Below, piece after piece: positions 47,501 through 59,900 of a stretch of DNA of 60,432 nt; positions within the stretch are counted from its first letter, which is position 1, and every line of letters starts with the position of its first letter. The DNA comes from Narcine bancroftii (lineage: Eukaryota), in NCBI RefSeq assembly GCF_036971445.1, contig NC_091475.1, forward strand, positions 198,465,569-198,526,000. Reading direction: 5' to 3'. Below the pieces are notes generated by a model. That model was not told where the DNA came from and did no database searches. It was given only the letters and a program-made list of their open reading frames with translations. The translations under genes were made by a program, and so were the position numbers.

Positions 47501-50500
47501 GTCCCCCCTCCCTCTCTCCAAGGTTGTCTGTAGCCTACAGTACAGATCCTGCAACAAGAAAACTTTCTTTTCCATTCCTCTCCATTTCAACTCACGAGCA
47601 ATTTGCAGTTACTTGGGACAAGAGACGAGACACAATCCATAGTACAATCATAGAGTCAATTGCTCACCTCAGAGGCCTTTCATGTACTAATTTCCTTGGC
47701 CCCCCCCCCCCCAAAACTGCCAGGCAGGTATACCTTTTAAATTACACATCTCGCCAAGTGAGGTGGTTGCTGAATGGAACCTCTGGCAGAAGATCCAAGG
47801 GTGCAGAGTCCTGCTAGGCTTCTGGACAAAATCTCTGCTTGGAGCCGCTGCTCACTACAACCCATTCGATACTGGGACGTCGGCCAACAATTTCCTTAGG
47901 GTCGCTTATAATTTTGCTTGCACCTTTACAGAGTCACTGAACTAGCTACTGACTGACCAACAAGACAGTTTGTCATGTATTATGGAAAAAAAAACTCTCA
48001 GCAAGAAAACATCTGTTGCTATGGAAACATTGTCACTGGACATTCTAGCTTATCAAGCTTTTGTAATTGATTTTTTTAAAAATGGCACCCTTAGCTGTGG
48101 TATTTACTATGCATAATGTATCTAAACACACTAAGAGAACTAACATTTATAGGTGCATAATTGCAGTTTGTGGATGCAAAATTAGTTTGTAAGTTGACCG
48201 TCATTTGTAAGTTGACCACCCCAAACTCCCATTAACAGAAAAAACACCTCATGGGTTGGGGGCTGTGAGAGCCTTTATTTAAAAATACTAAATTGGCTAA
48301 CTTTCCATCTCGACTCCTCCTGGCTATCATTACAGGGATCCAACCCAGGCACTTGGGGCATCCATTGAAAGGGAGCACGAGCAGGAACGAGATACTGGTG
48401 TCAAATGTCAGCCCAGAAAAACGGGCGCCCCAGGTACATTCGGGGTGTATACCTGTGGCCTGCATCCTGCCTCACCACAGGATAGCATTGTGACAATCAT
48501 CTGGGTTCTGTGCGTAGGGAGCGTCAAGGCGCTGGATGAGGGCACCTGATGGATGACCATGAACTGCCTGTTCACAGACATTGGTGATAAGGGTGCTGAC
48601 ATTTGCCAGCCAAGCCAGAGAAACCAGGCATGTGAGTCAGTGACCAAACAAATTTCTTTATCTACCCTCCCTTCTGACACTGGGGAACAGCTCCTTCAGC
48701 ACCCTGTCCCATTGGTAACACAGTGACCTTGTTTGGTGGTGGTGGGGGGGGCTGGTGAGGCATTGTCATTGAATTTGATTATGTGCCTTGTCTAGCATTC
48801 AGAAGGCACTTGTGTATAAATTGACCCACTTGATTAGTATTGATTTTTAAAATGTCTTTTTGTTTCTACTTATAACATATACACAAGAGTTATTGATTGG
48901 GTCATGATTGGTGAGTGGTGTGGCCTCTGAAGGATAGATTGTATTGGAAAGGGTTGTTGCCATCATGTAACAGCACTGCTCCCTACCCAGTTGGAGGACA
49001 CACCAGCTGACGATCAAAATTTGGTTCCACCCCACCCATTAGTGAACACCTTGCCATTGACGATATGTAAATGACCTGGACTGGACTCGCCACCCTGCTT
49101 ATACTTGCTCTTGGCTGCTGTAATTGGATTAACCTTCCTGGCACTGAACCTTTTACCTGCTAATGACCTGGGCTGGACCCTCCAGCACTATAAAGGTGTG
49201 TGTTCTTTATTTTCCCTCTTTACCAGCAAGGGACCATCCTGCTTCACTCCAGGCCTGGAAACGTGAAAGGGCACTGGAAAAACTTTGTAAGATGTGCACT
49301 TTTAAAAGGATTGGGAGCGTTTAATTAGTATCTCTTATAGCATAGAGCTGTGTCTGCAGTGAGTCGAGGGGGTGTGGGGCATTGTAGTGATTTTTACTTG
49401 ATCATTGTATGTACCAGTTCATTTTTGTATGTGTGTATTTTGTTCCCATGCTATTTACCCCTCGTTCGTTATTGTCTGCTATTACTTTCCCATGACTGCT
49501 CTGTGTGTGTGTGCGTGTGTGCTGCATCTATTACCATTTCCTACACTTGCCTTCTGTAAATAAAATCCTTCCCTGCCAAAACTGTGTGTTCAGAGTCCTT
49601 GCCTTTGAGATCTACCAAACCTGTTTCCTCGCTCACAACAACCCCATCCTATCTGGAAAGTCGCGTCCAGGGGGATCACCATCATGCAGTCAAAAAGCAT
49701 CGAGACGTGAAACTATGAAATTTGGAACCTGGAATGTATGAACTCTGACGTATAACCCAAAATCAGACCTACCAGAGAAAAGAACTGCCTTTGTTGCTCA
49801 GGAGCTCAAAAAAAATCAACTTTGACATTGTTGCTCTGAGTGAGACTCGCAAAGCTGGAAAAGGGCAACTAAAAGAAGAGAGGTCATTATAGCTTACTAG
49901 AAAGATCTTGATCCTGAATCCATGGAGTAGGTTTTGATACCCAAAATAGCCTAGTTCAGAAGCTGACAGAGCAACCACTGGGAATTAATGAACATCTCAT
50001 GACTTTGCAAATCTAGTTCGTCAAGAACCAACATGCCACAATCCTCAGCACCTATGCTCCAACTATGGATGCTCAAGATGAACTTCTATGCCCAACTTGA
50101 CGACGACCTTTCCTCTGTTCCCAACAACGACAAGATCATTCTCTTGGGAGACTTCAATGTCAGAGTTGGAAAAGATCGTAGGCTCTGGACTGGAATAATA
50201 AGCAGAGAAGGAGGTCAATGCTAATGGAACACTGCATTGTGTTCAAATGTGCTGAACACAACCTGGTCATTACAAATACCATATTTTGCCAGAAAAATAG
50301 GCCGGAAGTTTTCTGGCAGCATCCACACTCTAAACATTGGCGCCTCATTGACTACATAATGATCTCGGGACCAACGATGTACTGATAACAAGTGCTGGAC
50401 AGACCATCAGCTCATCTCGTCCACCATGATAATGAAGGTTCAGCCCAAAATGAAACATCAAAATCAGAACACTATTAAGAAATTCATTATTTACTCTTTC

Positions 50501-52500
50501 AAGACATCAACCATGTTCAGAGGTTCCAACAATATCTTGAAGAACAACTGGCTCAACAAATCCCACTGTCTGTAGAAGAACACTGGAATCAATTGAAGAA
50601 TGCTGTCATCATTTCCTTGCAAAGAAGAATTGGGTTCAGGACATTAAAAAAAATCCAGATTCGTTCGATGATAATGACAAATTACTCTCAACAACTCATC
50701 AATGAGAGGAAAAAACTCTCATCATCTTACAAAATGACCACCAATCAGCTACCAAAAGGAAATGCTAGCTAGAATGCAAGGCTGCAGTCCAGAAGAACAC
50801 CTGAAACCTGAAAAATCAATGGTGGAAGAAGAAAGTTCAGGAAACCCAACAACTAGCAGATGCCAATGACATTCAAGGCTTTTTTTTAACGCAAATAAAG
50901 TTATTTTTGGCCTAACTATGGTCAAGCCCCTCTCAAAAGCAAAGATGGTTTAACCATCCTGAAGAACAATGCTGACAATTTTTGATTGAGGGAGCACTTT
51001 GAAGATCTTCTAAATCAAACTGTCTCATTTGACAGGAATATGATTAACAACACTACGAAACAACCCATTCTCAACTCCCTAAAGCAAAAGAAGTCAAGGG
51101 AGCCATCAAAACCTTGAAAACAATAAGGCCGCTGGACTCCATGGAGAGGTCTTCAAAATTGGAAGTAACCTGCTTCATTACCAACTGCATCAACTTCTCA
51201 TCAAGATCTAGATAAATGAAGATGTACCAGAAGACTTTAGAGACAGAAGACAGAAGAAAAGGTGATCAATCCAAATGTGGAAATAATTGAGGAATTTCCC
51301 TGTTGGCAACAGCAGGAAAGATCCTCACCCGCATCATGAATAACTGGCTCAAGCCTTTCACCGAGATCCTTCCGGAGACATAAGCCGGTTTTAGACCATC
51401 AAGTGGAGTAATCAATATGATCTTCATAATGCAACAACTGCAAGAAAAATGTCAAGAACAACTTCAACCTTTATATGTGGCAAAGTCTTTAACTCAGTAT
51501 CAAGGGAATTCCTGTGGATGTCCTGAAAAGTTCATTCGAATCCTGAGACTCCTCCATGAGGGCATGTTTGCCACTGTCATGGTCAGCGACACTAGCAGTA
51601 AACCTTTTTAAGTCAAATCCGGGATGTGTGATTGCCCCAATTTTGTTTATCATCAATCATCCACATAATCAAGGATGATCTACCCCCAGGAATCAAAATT
51701 GTCTACAGAACTGATGGCAGACTTTTCAATCTTGCCCATCTCCAGTCCAAAAACAAGACATCCGCAAGTTCCCACGTAGAGTTCCAATACGCAGATGACA
51801 ACCGTGTTGCAGCTCTCCCAGAATACCACCTAATACAGTTTCTGATGGCCTTCAACTGTGCATATGTGAAACTTGGACTTCCTATCAATTCCAAGAGGAC
51901 TCAAATCATCTACCAACCTTCACCAACTGAGACAAATCGGATAAAACCATCAATTCAACTTGGTGAAACAACCCCGTCGACCACTTCCTGTATCTTGGAA
52001 GTCACTTCTCTTGTTGACCATTTTCACGAGATCCAACATTGTTTTAAATGTGGTGGAACAGCTTTTGGACGTCTCTGAATAAGTCTTTTATGATTGTGAC
52101 ATTCGAATGGACTTCAAAATGTTAGTGTACAAAGCAGTAGTAAAAGAAGTGAACAGAAGAGATTCAAAGATGTCTTAAAATCCAACATGAAGAAATGTAA
52201 TATTGACACCAACAATTGGGAAACCAATGCCAAGGATAGGAAGCTCTGGCAAACCATCATCTGTGAAGGAACAGCAACTTTCAAAGCCAACAGATGTGTA
52301 GAACTAGAAGGAAAAAAAGTAAATGGAAAGAGGAACAGCAACAACCAAAGCCTGATCTGCCATCTGGAACTGCCTGTCCTGAATGCGGAAGATCTTTCAA
52401 AGCCAAGATTGGACTCGTAAGCCACTTAAGATCCCATAAATAGATCAACAGAATGAAGTCCATCATCCTTGACCTCGGGGAGTAGCCACGCTGACGATGT
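44590..52500 (+). mobile_element. Near full-length decayed RTE LINE, split by an ERV insertion in its 5' UTR
   Basis: RTE-type 5' end near 44590. The ORF begins MKFGTWNV (49715) and includes DKIILLGDFNVRVG, MIFIMQQLQEKCQEQ, FQYADD and KKCNIDTNNWETNAKDRKLW. Many stops and frameshifts. Confidence 0.85.
45174..49640 (+). mobile_element. Internally deleted class III (ERV-L/ERV-S-like) endogenous retrovirus
   Basis: LTRs at 45174-45707 and 48940-49640 (TG..CA), TSD ACCCC, PBS TGGTGCTGCGAGCAAGG at 45710. Gag motif GELLAKWLIRLWDEGAPNLNL..LGSL; pol fragments EQFAVTW and WNLWQ..LGFWTKSL..HYNPFD. Confidence 0.82.
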
Positions 52501-52584
52501 GGCTGCAGATGTGTGCTAAATAACCAGTTTTGGTCATCACAAGCTGTTTTGTTTGTGAATAAGAGATTATTGTCTGCAAGCATG

Positions 52585-52598
52585 GTTGCCATGGCAAC
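52585..52598. promoter_or_regulatory. Perfect palindromic RFX X-box GTTGCCATGGCAAC
   Basis: Exact match to the RFX consensus GTTGCCATGGCAAC in non-repetitive DNA. Function not shown. Confidence 0.5.
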
Positions 52599-53478
52599 AG
52601 TGTTCTGTATGTTGGCCGTGTGACATTCATAAAGGTTTAAAATAGTTGCATTGCTATCTTGCTCGCAAGTTTTTGTGCCTTTCATGGTGATGGATACGGA
52701 AATAACATTTTGGTTAAATTACCATAAACTGATTATTAATTTCTGTGTTTGCAAAGGGCAGACTAAACTCTCCATGTAGCTCTGTGTCTTATCTTGCAAA
52801 ATATTTTACCTCCAAAGAAACTAATTTGGATTGTTTCAAACACACTACTTTAATTGAATTAATTCCTTTGGCAGGTGATTAAATAATTACTAATTGATGG
52901 TCATGGATTGTTCGCCTTGTTGAAAACAAGGTTTGCAGGTTTATAATTAAGGGGTGGATCTTCAGTCCCTTTATTGTTCTGAGGATGCCAGATTGAAAAC
53001 TCAGTAACTTGTGAGTCCTTTGCCAGTCATCTGCAATTCCTGACTGTTCACAAATTAAGACTTGAGTCAATTAAGTAAAGCGCAAAGCGAGTTAAATCTA
53101 GTCATTGTGCCCTCCTGCTAAAGGGAGTAGGAGAGGACTTTTTCAGCATTACCCTCCAATTTCTGACATAATGCCACTTCATATTATTTTCATATTATTA
53201 GTGAGCAAAGGGCTATTGCCCAGCATGGAGGAACATTTATTCTTCGAGTGAATTATGAAAGCATATTTTTCTCATCAGTAAAATCATGCACTTTGGCTGT
53301 GAAGTATTTGGAGAACTCCTCCTAAGATTGTCCATTCTTTTGTAATGGGCAGTCTTTTAGTAATATAATTTGACATGGGTCATTTGGTTAAATCGACAAT
53401 GAATGTCCCACTTGAACAGAAAACATGACCAAGTTTTTGTCACTTGCTTCCCAGTAGATCAATGGAATATGTCTATTG

Positions 53479-53582
53479 CAGTGGTTCTCAACCTTTCTCC
53501 ACTCACCTGAGGATACCGTAGGTGTAAGGGATTACTTAAGGGGATATGTGAAAGGGGGATAAAAGAAGGTTGAGAACCGATG
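53479..53582. mobile_element. hAT (Charlie-like) MITE
   Basis: TIRs CAGTGGTTCTCAACCTT / AAGGTTGAGAACCGATG with an 8-bp TSD GTCTATTG / GTCTATCG. Confidence 0.8.
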
Positions 53583-53751
53583 GTCTATCGTGTCTCAGTC
53601 GTTGTGCTTATTGGAAAATGTTGCACTCTTCCACGTTTTTGACATTTCCTTTGTGTGAGAAAAGTAATTATTTTGCCTCAAAATGTTGTTTTACAGGAGT
53701 TTGGGGAGATGGGGAACTGCTCAGCTTTGTCTGTTTATACCATCACAGTAC

Positions 53752-55388
53752 TAGAAACATAGAAACATAGATGATAGGAGCAGGAGTAGGTCATTCGACC
53801 CTTCGAGCCTGCTCCGCCATTCAACGAGATCATGACTGATCTTAAAGTTCAGTACCCTGTCCCCGCCTTCTCTCCGTAACCTTTAATACCCTTATACTGA
53901 AGAAATAGATCTAATTCCCTCTTAAATAGATTTAATGAACCTGCCTCTACTGTCCTCTGTGGCAATGAATTCCACAGATTCACCACCCTCTGGGTAAAGA
54001 AATTCCTCCTCATCTCGGTCCTAAATGGTTTGCCTATTATCCTCAAACTATGACCCCGGGTTCTGGATTTTCCCATCCTTGGAAACATCCCATCTGCAAC
54101 CATTCTGTCCAGTCCTGCCAGAATTTTATATGTCTCTATGAGATCCCCTCTCAATCTTCTAAACTCCAGCGAATACAATCCCAATTTGCGCAATCTTTCC
54201 TCATAAGTCATTCCTGCCATTCCAGGTATCAGCCTGGTGAATTGCCTCTGCACTCCCTCCATTGCAAGAACATCCTTCCTTAGATCAGGTGACCAAAACT
54301 GCACACAATACTCCAGGTGGGGTCTCACCAAGGCCCTGTACAGCTGCAGTAAGGCATCCTTGTTCCTATACTCAAACCCTCTTGATATGAAGACCAACAT
54401 ACCATTTGCCTTTTTAACTGCCTGCTGTACCTGCATGCTCGCCTTCAGAGACTGGTGTACAAGTACCCCTAGGTCTCTCTGCACTTCCCCATCTCTTAAT
54501 CTATTGCCATTCAAATAGTAATCTGCCCTCCGGTTTGTATTACCAAAGTGGATAACCTCACATTTATCCACATTGTAGTGCATTTGCCATGTATCTGCCC
54601 AGTCCCTCAATTGATCCAAATCACACTGGAGCTTCCTGACCCCCTCTTCCGTGCACACAACCCCTCCTAGCTTAGTGTCATCTGCAAATTTGGAGATATT
54701 ACATCCAATCCCCTCATCCAGATCATTAATGTAAATTGTGAACAGCTGGGGTCCCAGTACAGATCCCTGTGACACCCCACTGGTCACCGCCTGCCACTCA
54801 GAAAACGAGCCATTTATCCCAACTCTCTGTCTTCTTCCTGCCAGCCAGTTCTCAGTCCACATCAATACTTTGCTCCCAATCCCATGAGCCTTGATTTTGG
54901 AAGCCAGTTGTTTGTGCGGAACCTTATCGAAGGCCTTTTGGAAGTCCAGGTACACCACATCCACTGGCTCTCCCCCATCTATTTTACCTGTCACCATCTC
55001 AAAGAATTCCAATAGATTTGTCAAGCACGATTTACCTTTTGTAAATCCATGTTGACTCCATCTGATCCCTTCTCTGCCAGTCATATGCTCCACTATTACA
55101 TCCTTAATAATGGATTCCATCATTTTGCCCACTACTGACGTAAGGCTCACCGGCCTATAATTCCCTGCTTTTTCTCTACCCCCTTTTTAAACAGTGGGGT
55201 AACATTAGCTACCCTCCAATCCATGGGTACTGATCCTGAGTCTATTGAGTTCTTGAAAATAATTCTTATAGCATCTGCTATCTGAATGGCCACTTCCTTA
55301 AGTACCCTAGGATGTAGATTATCAGGCCCTTGGGATTTATCTGCCTTTGATCCCATCAATTTCCCCAAGACTATGTCCTTAGAGATTC
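53752..55388 (-). mobile_element. Young 5'-truncated CR1 LINE with a 433-aa open RT region
   Basis: ORF 53849-55150: SQHGFTKGKSCLTNL, YLDFQKAFDKVPH, GVSQGSVLGP, SKFADDTKLGG. One frameshift joins it to 55147-55368. (CTATGTTT)n 3' tail at 53752-53770. Confidence 0.95.
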
Positions 55389-55509
55389 TATTTATAAAGT
55401 TTGAGGTTCACCCTTCCAATTCTGAGTCAGATGGTCCACAGTTCTGGGGTGCTTTTATGATTATTATTTTGCTTATCTCAAGTTGTGTTGGGTGATATTC
55501 ACCATTCAT

Positions 55510-55700
55510 TGCCTTTACAGTGCCAGTGATCAGGACTGGGGATAAATTCTGCACTCTCTGTAGGGAGTTTCTATGTTATCCCGTGTCTATGTGGGTTTCC
55601 CCCGGGGACTCCAGTTTCCTCCCACCACTGGGGGGGGGTTAAAGGTTAATTGGGTAGCACAGACTCATGGGCCAAATGACCTGTTTCCATGCTGTATGCC
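55510..55700 (+). mobile_element. V-SINE (HE1-like)
   Basis: TGTAGGGAGTTTCTATGTTATCCCGTGTCTATGTGGGTTTCCCC..CTCCAGTTTCCTCCCACC core. Confidence 0.65.
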
Positions 55701-56931
55701 GAACTTTTTTTTTGTTCCTTCCACCTCTTTTGAAAAGAAAAGTTTTGATGAAAGGTCCTCAACTTGAAAAGTTAACTCTGCTTCATTCTTTGTGGATGCT
55801 GCCCCTAACCTGAGTATTTATTTATAAATCATTTAGATGTCTTTGTGTGCATCATTGACTCTTGGCAGTTTTTTCCACTTGTAATGAGTGTTGGTTTGTA
55901 GTTGAAATCCATCTTATTCGAATTAAAATCACGCAGCCTTCAGTGGAAAAATTTAAAGAGCTAAAATGTCCTGCATCTGATGATACCAAGCTTCCACATT
56001 AACCAACTGACGAATGTCACAACCAGGGGAACAAGAAAATCTGATCTAATTTTATTGAATGGGCATAAAATTGACTGACCAGTTGGTTTTAAGATGCTTT
56101 AGTATGATTCTACACCCCTTTCACACTTGCATCCCATTAAATTGGCCATTCATTGTCCTAGGATAGGAATGGGGATTTGGCTTTTCACACTTGACACTGA
56201 ACGCTTTCACGCTTGCAAGGAGCCATCCCTGGGTGTTAGGACTGTTCTACCTTTTACTGGTGACGCTATGGTGGATCTGCCCTAAATCTTGATCAGAGTA
56301 TTGTGATCTTGTATTTGAATAAAATTAATCACGCCAAATTATAACATAATTAAGCTTAATGTGCAACACAGTCTGAGCCCTTCAGCCCCTGCTGTTGTGA
56401 TGACCTATGTAAACCTTCATAAGGGACTGTTTGAAAGTGTTAGTAATAAATGGCAATAGCGGACAAGTTTTAAGCAGGATGTGAAAATTAGTAGTACTAT
56501 CGCATACAATTTACAAATACCGTGAGGGGGGAAAAGCAATGGTGGGCCTGCCTTCCCAGAATTCCATGTGGCAGAGAAAGGGCTGTATGCCCAACTGTAT
56601 ATATGGAACATAGAGAGATTTCTCTGCTGCATGACATTCTGGGAATTCAGGTCGGCTTTTGCTTTTTTCCCCATAGTCTTTATAAATTTATGTGGTGTAG
56701 CGCTACCAATTTTCCCATGCTGTTTAAAAATGTTCCGCTATTACTATTTATTTCCTCTCTCTCGCGCGATCTCTCTCTCGCTCTCTTTCGCCCCCCCCCC
56801 CCCCACCACACCGTGACTTTCCAAGTATGAGCCCTTCAGCCCTGTTGTACTGAACTATATAAACCTTTATAAATTTTTAAAGCACCTGGGGGAAGTGATA
56901 GCAGAAATAAAACCATAGGCATACAGTGGAG

Positions 56932-59900
56932 TGTTACTGAAGCGAACAAACGAGACAAGCTCATTTTGCTCAAATGGGCTCATTTGCATTCAAAGTTTAT
57001 TTTTCTTTCACGCGCTGCATTTTAAAGCCACCAGAAGATCCAGCCCCTTGCACCGGAAACCACGTCCATGTGATGCCACCGCACTGCACATGTGGGCCCG
57101 CAACCTCTGCCGGAGGAGACGAATGCGCGGTGCCACCTAAGATGTGGCTGCTCCGCTGACGTGCGCGTGACACACAGCCAGTTCACCTGACCATCAGTTA
57201 CGTGCACTGCCACACGATTCCCCCCACCCTCCCGCACCCCCCCCCCCCCCACCAAAGAACAGGCACCAGTTTCTGTATTTTGCAGAACTTTTAATTTGAG
57301 GGGTCTACCCCTGCGCTTGGCCGACTGGGGTGAAACCGGCTGACGTAAGTCCAGGTGGGCCAGTTTCAAACAGTCAATGGTGAAAAGTCCCTCCCTACAT
57401 CCAACGTCCAAAGTGAATGTAGAGCCGTTGTTGCGGATTACCTTGTAAAGTCCCTCATAAGGTCGTTGTAGGGGTGAGAGATGGGTACCCCTGCGGACAA
57501 ACACAAACTCAGTGTGTTTTAAGTCTTTGGGTATGAAGGAGGGGCTCTGACCCTGGTGGGCGTGGTGCAAGATTGCTTAGCTTGTTGCGGAGCCGTTGGA
57601 GAACTGTGGCGCCTTCAGGTTCCTGGTCGCTTGTTCGCTGATGATGCTTGAAGGTCCTCTATCGAGACTGTACAGATCCCAAGAAGGACCCAGGGTAGCT
57701 CGTCCACCCAGTTGGGGCCGGTCAACTGGCCCATGAGGACCGATTTGAGGTACCTGTGAAAACATTCCACCAGGTCGTTGGATTGGGGGTGGTAGGCTGT
57801 TGGGTGGTGCAGTTTTGCGTTGACTAGGCGCGCCAATTCTGTCCGTTGGATGGAAGTGAACTGTGCACCTCTTTCTGTAGTCAAATGTGCAGGGATTCAA
57901 AAACGGGATATCCATGCGGACTACAGCTCTTGCTGATGGGTTCTGCCTCCAGCCATTTTGTAAACCAGTCGACGATGGTGAGGAGGTAGACTAATAGGGG
58001 CCCCACGATGTCGACATGTATATGTTCGGCTTGGTGTCTCGAACTGCTGGATAGGGGCCTTAGTGTGCTTGTGGATCTTGGCAGTCTGGAAGTGCATGCA
58101 TGTTCTTGCCCACTCACTGACCTGCTTGTGAGGCCGTGCCATATAAGACGAGGCGACCATGCAGACCGTTGTCTTGATGGAGGGATGGGAAAGGCCATGG
58201 ATTGAGTCAAAGGCCCACGGAGCGGGGATTACCAGATGAGGGTTCTCCGTGGACACATTGTAGAGTAGTGTCCTCTTGCTCTGCGTCAGTTGTACATCCT
58301 GGAGATGCAAGCCAGCGATGGCAGTGCGGAGAGCTCGAGTCTTTGCATTCATCTCTTGTGCCTGCGCAAGCTCTGTGTAGTCTAGCCCTGTACTAATGTT
58401 TGAATCGCAGACCTCAAGAGGACATCTGCCGTGATGTTGTCTCTACCAGAGAGTTGTCGGATGTCCGTGGTAAATTTGGAGATGTAGGCCATGTGGCGCT
58501 GCTGCTGGACTGACCAGGGCTCTGAAACTTTTGAAAAAGCAAATGTTAAAGGCGTATGGTTGGTGAATATTGTGAATGGCCTCCCTTCCAGGAAGTATCT
58601 GAAATTACGCACTGCAAGGTAAAGTGCCAGCAACTCCCTATCGATAGCACTGAATTTTAGTTCTGGTGGCCTCAAGTGGCAGCTGAAGAAAGCTAAGGGT
58701 TTCTAAGCTATTTGAGAACCCCGCTGATGGTGGTGGCAGATGCATCGACAGTGAGGACGGTAGGAACATCTGTCCTTGGGTGTACCAGTAATGAAGGATT
58801 GGCCAGAGCATCTTTTGTTTGTTGGAAAGCTACTGAGGCCTTGTCGTCCCATACTAGGTCTTTCTTTGTTGCGGCCATAATGGCGAAGAGTGGTCGCATG
58901 ATCTTGGCGGCTACTGGAATGAAGCAGTTGTAAAAATTGACCATGCCCGCAAATACTTGCGGGTCTTTCATCATGGTCAGCCTGGCGAATCGTATCACTG
59001 TGGTTGGCAGGAGTGTTGCACCATCTCTGGTGATCCTGTGGCCCAGGAAATCAATGACCTCTAATCCAAATTGGCACTTAGCCGGGTTGACGGTGAGGCT
59101 GAAATCACTGAGGCGGGAGTACAACTGGTGCAGGTGGGAGGCGTATTCCTAGTGATCCCTGCTGGTGATGAGGATGTTGTTGAGCAGGAAATCCAAATCC
59201 TTGCCAACTGCGTCCATGAGACGCTGGAATGTCTGTGCCACATTCTTGAGACCAAAAAGCATGTGCTGGAACTTGGAGGCCAAAGGCGTGATTATGGCTG
59301 TCTTCTTGATGTTGTCGGGATGCACGGGGATCTGACAGAATCCCCGCACCAGGTCGACCTTTGAGAAAATTTGTTGGCTGTGAAGTCTTGAATGTGGGGG
59401 ATAGCAATCTGGAATGGTGGTGTCATTAAGGTGTTTGTAGTCCCCGCTCAATTCCCAACTGCCGGTGGCTTTCTGGACCATATGTAACGGTGAGGGCTGT
59501 CGGATTTGCGGATGATGCCCAGTTCTTCCATCCATTTGAACTTCTTCCTTTGCCAGTTGTAGGTGTTGTGCATGGAGGGGAGAGCTCTGGGTGGTGATGT
59601 GGTGTTGAATGCCATGCTTCAGCTTGGCAGATGTGAATTGGGGCCTGGAGATTGGCGGGAACTCTGCCAAAATGTGGCTTTATTTAACGGTGGGGGCTGA
59701 TACCAAGGCAAGTTGTGGGGCTGGCATTCAGCTTCCTCGAGTGGGAAGGCCTGGAAAGTTTACACGTGCACCAATCATTTGGCCTTTAGGTCGACTAGCA
59801 GGCTGTGTGCTCTCAGGAAGTCTTTGCCCAGGAGTGGTTTTTGTCCTGATCCAAGCTTGAAATCCCAGCGGAAAGTATCCTAGCCAGACTGCCACCCACT

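Noticed and set aside
48388-48410. DTGVKC as the ERV protease active site
   Set aside because: It lies downstream of the RT and RNase H fragments, which is the wrong gene order, so it is probably coincidental.
53849-55150. Domesticated reverse transcriptase gene
   Set aside because: It is a 5'-truncated, frameshifted CR1 copy with a standard 3' tail. The open frame reflects young age.
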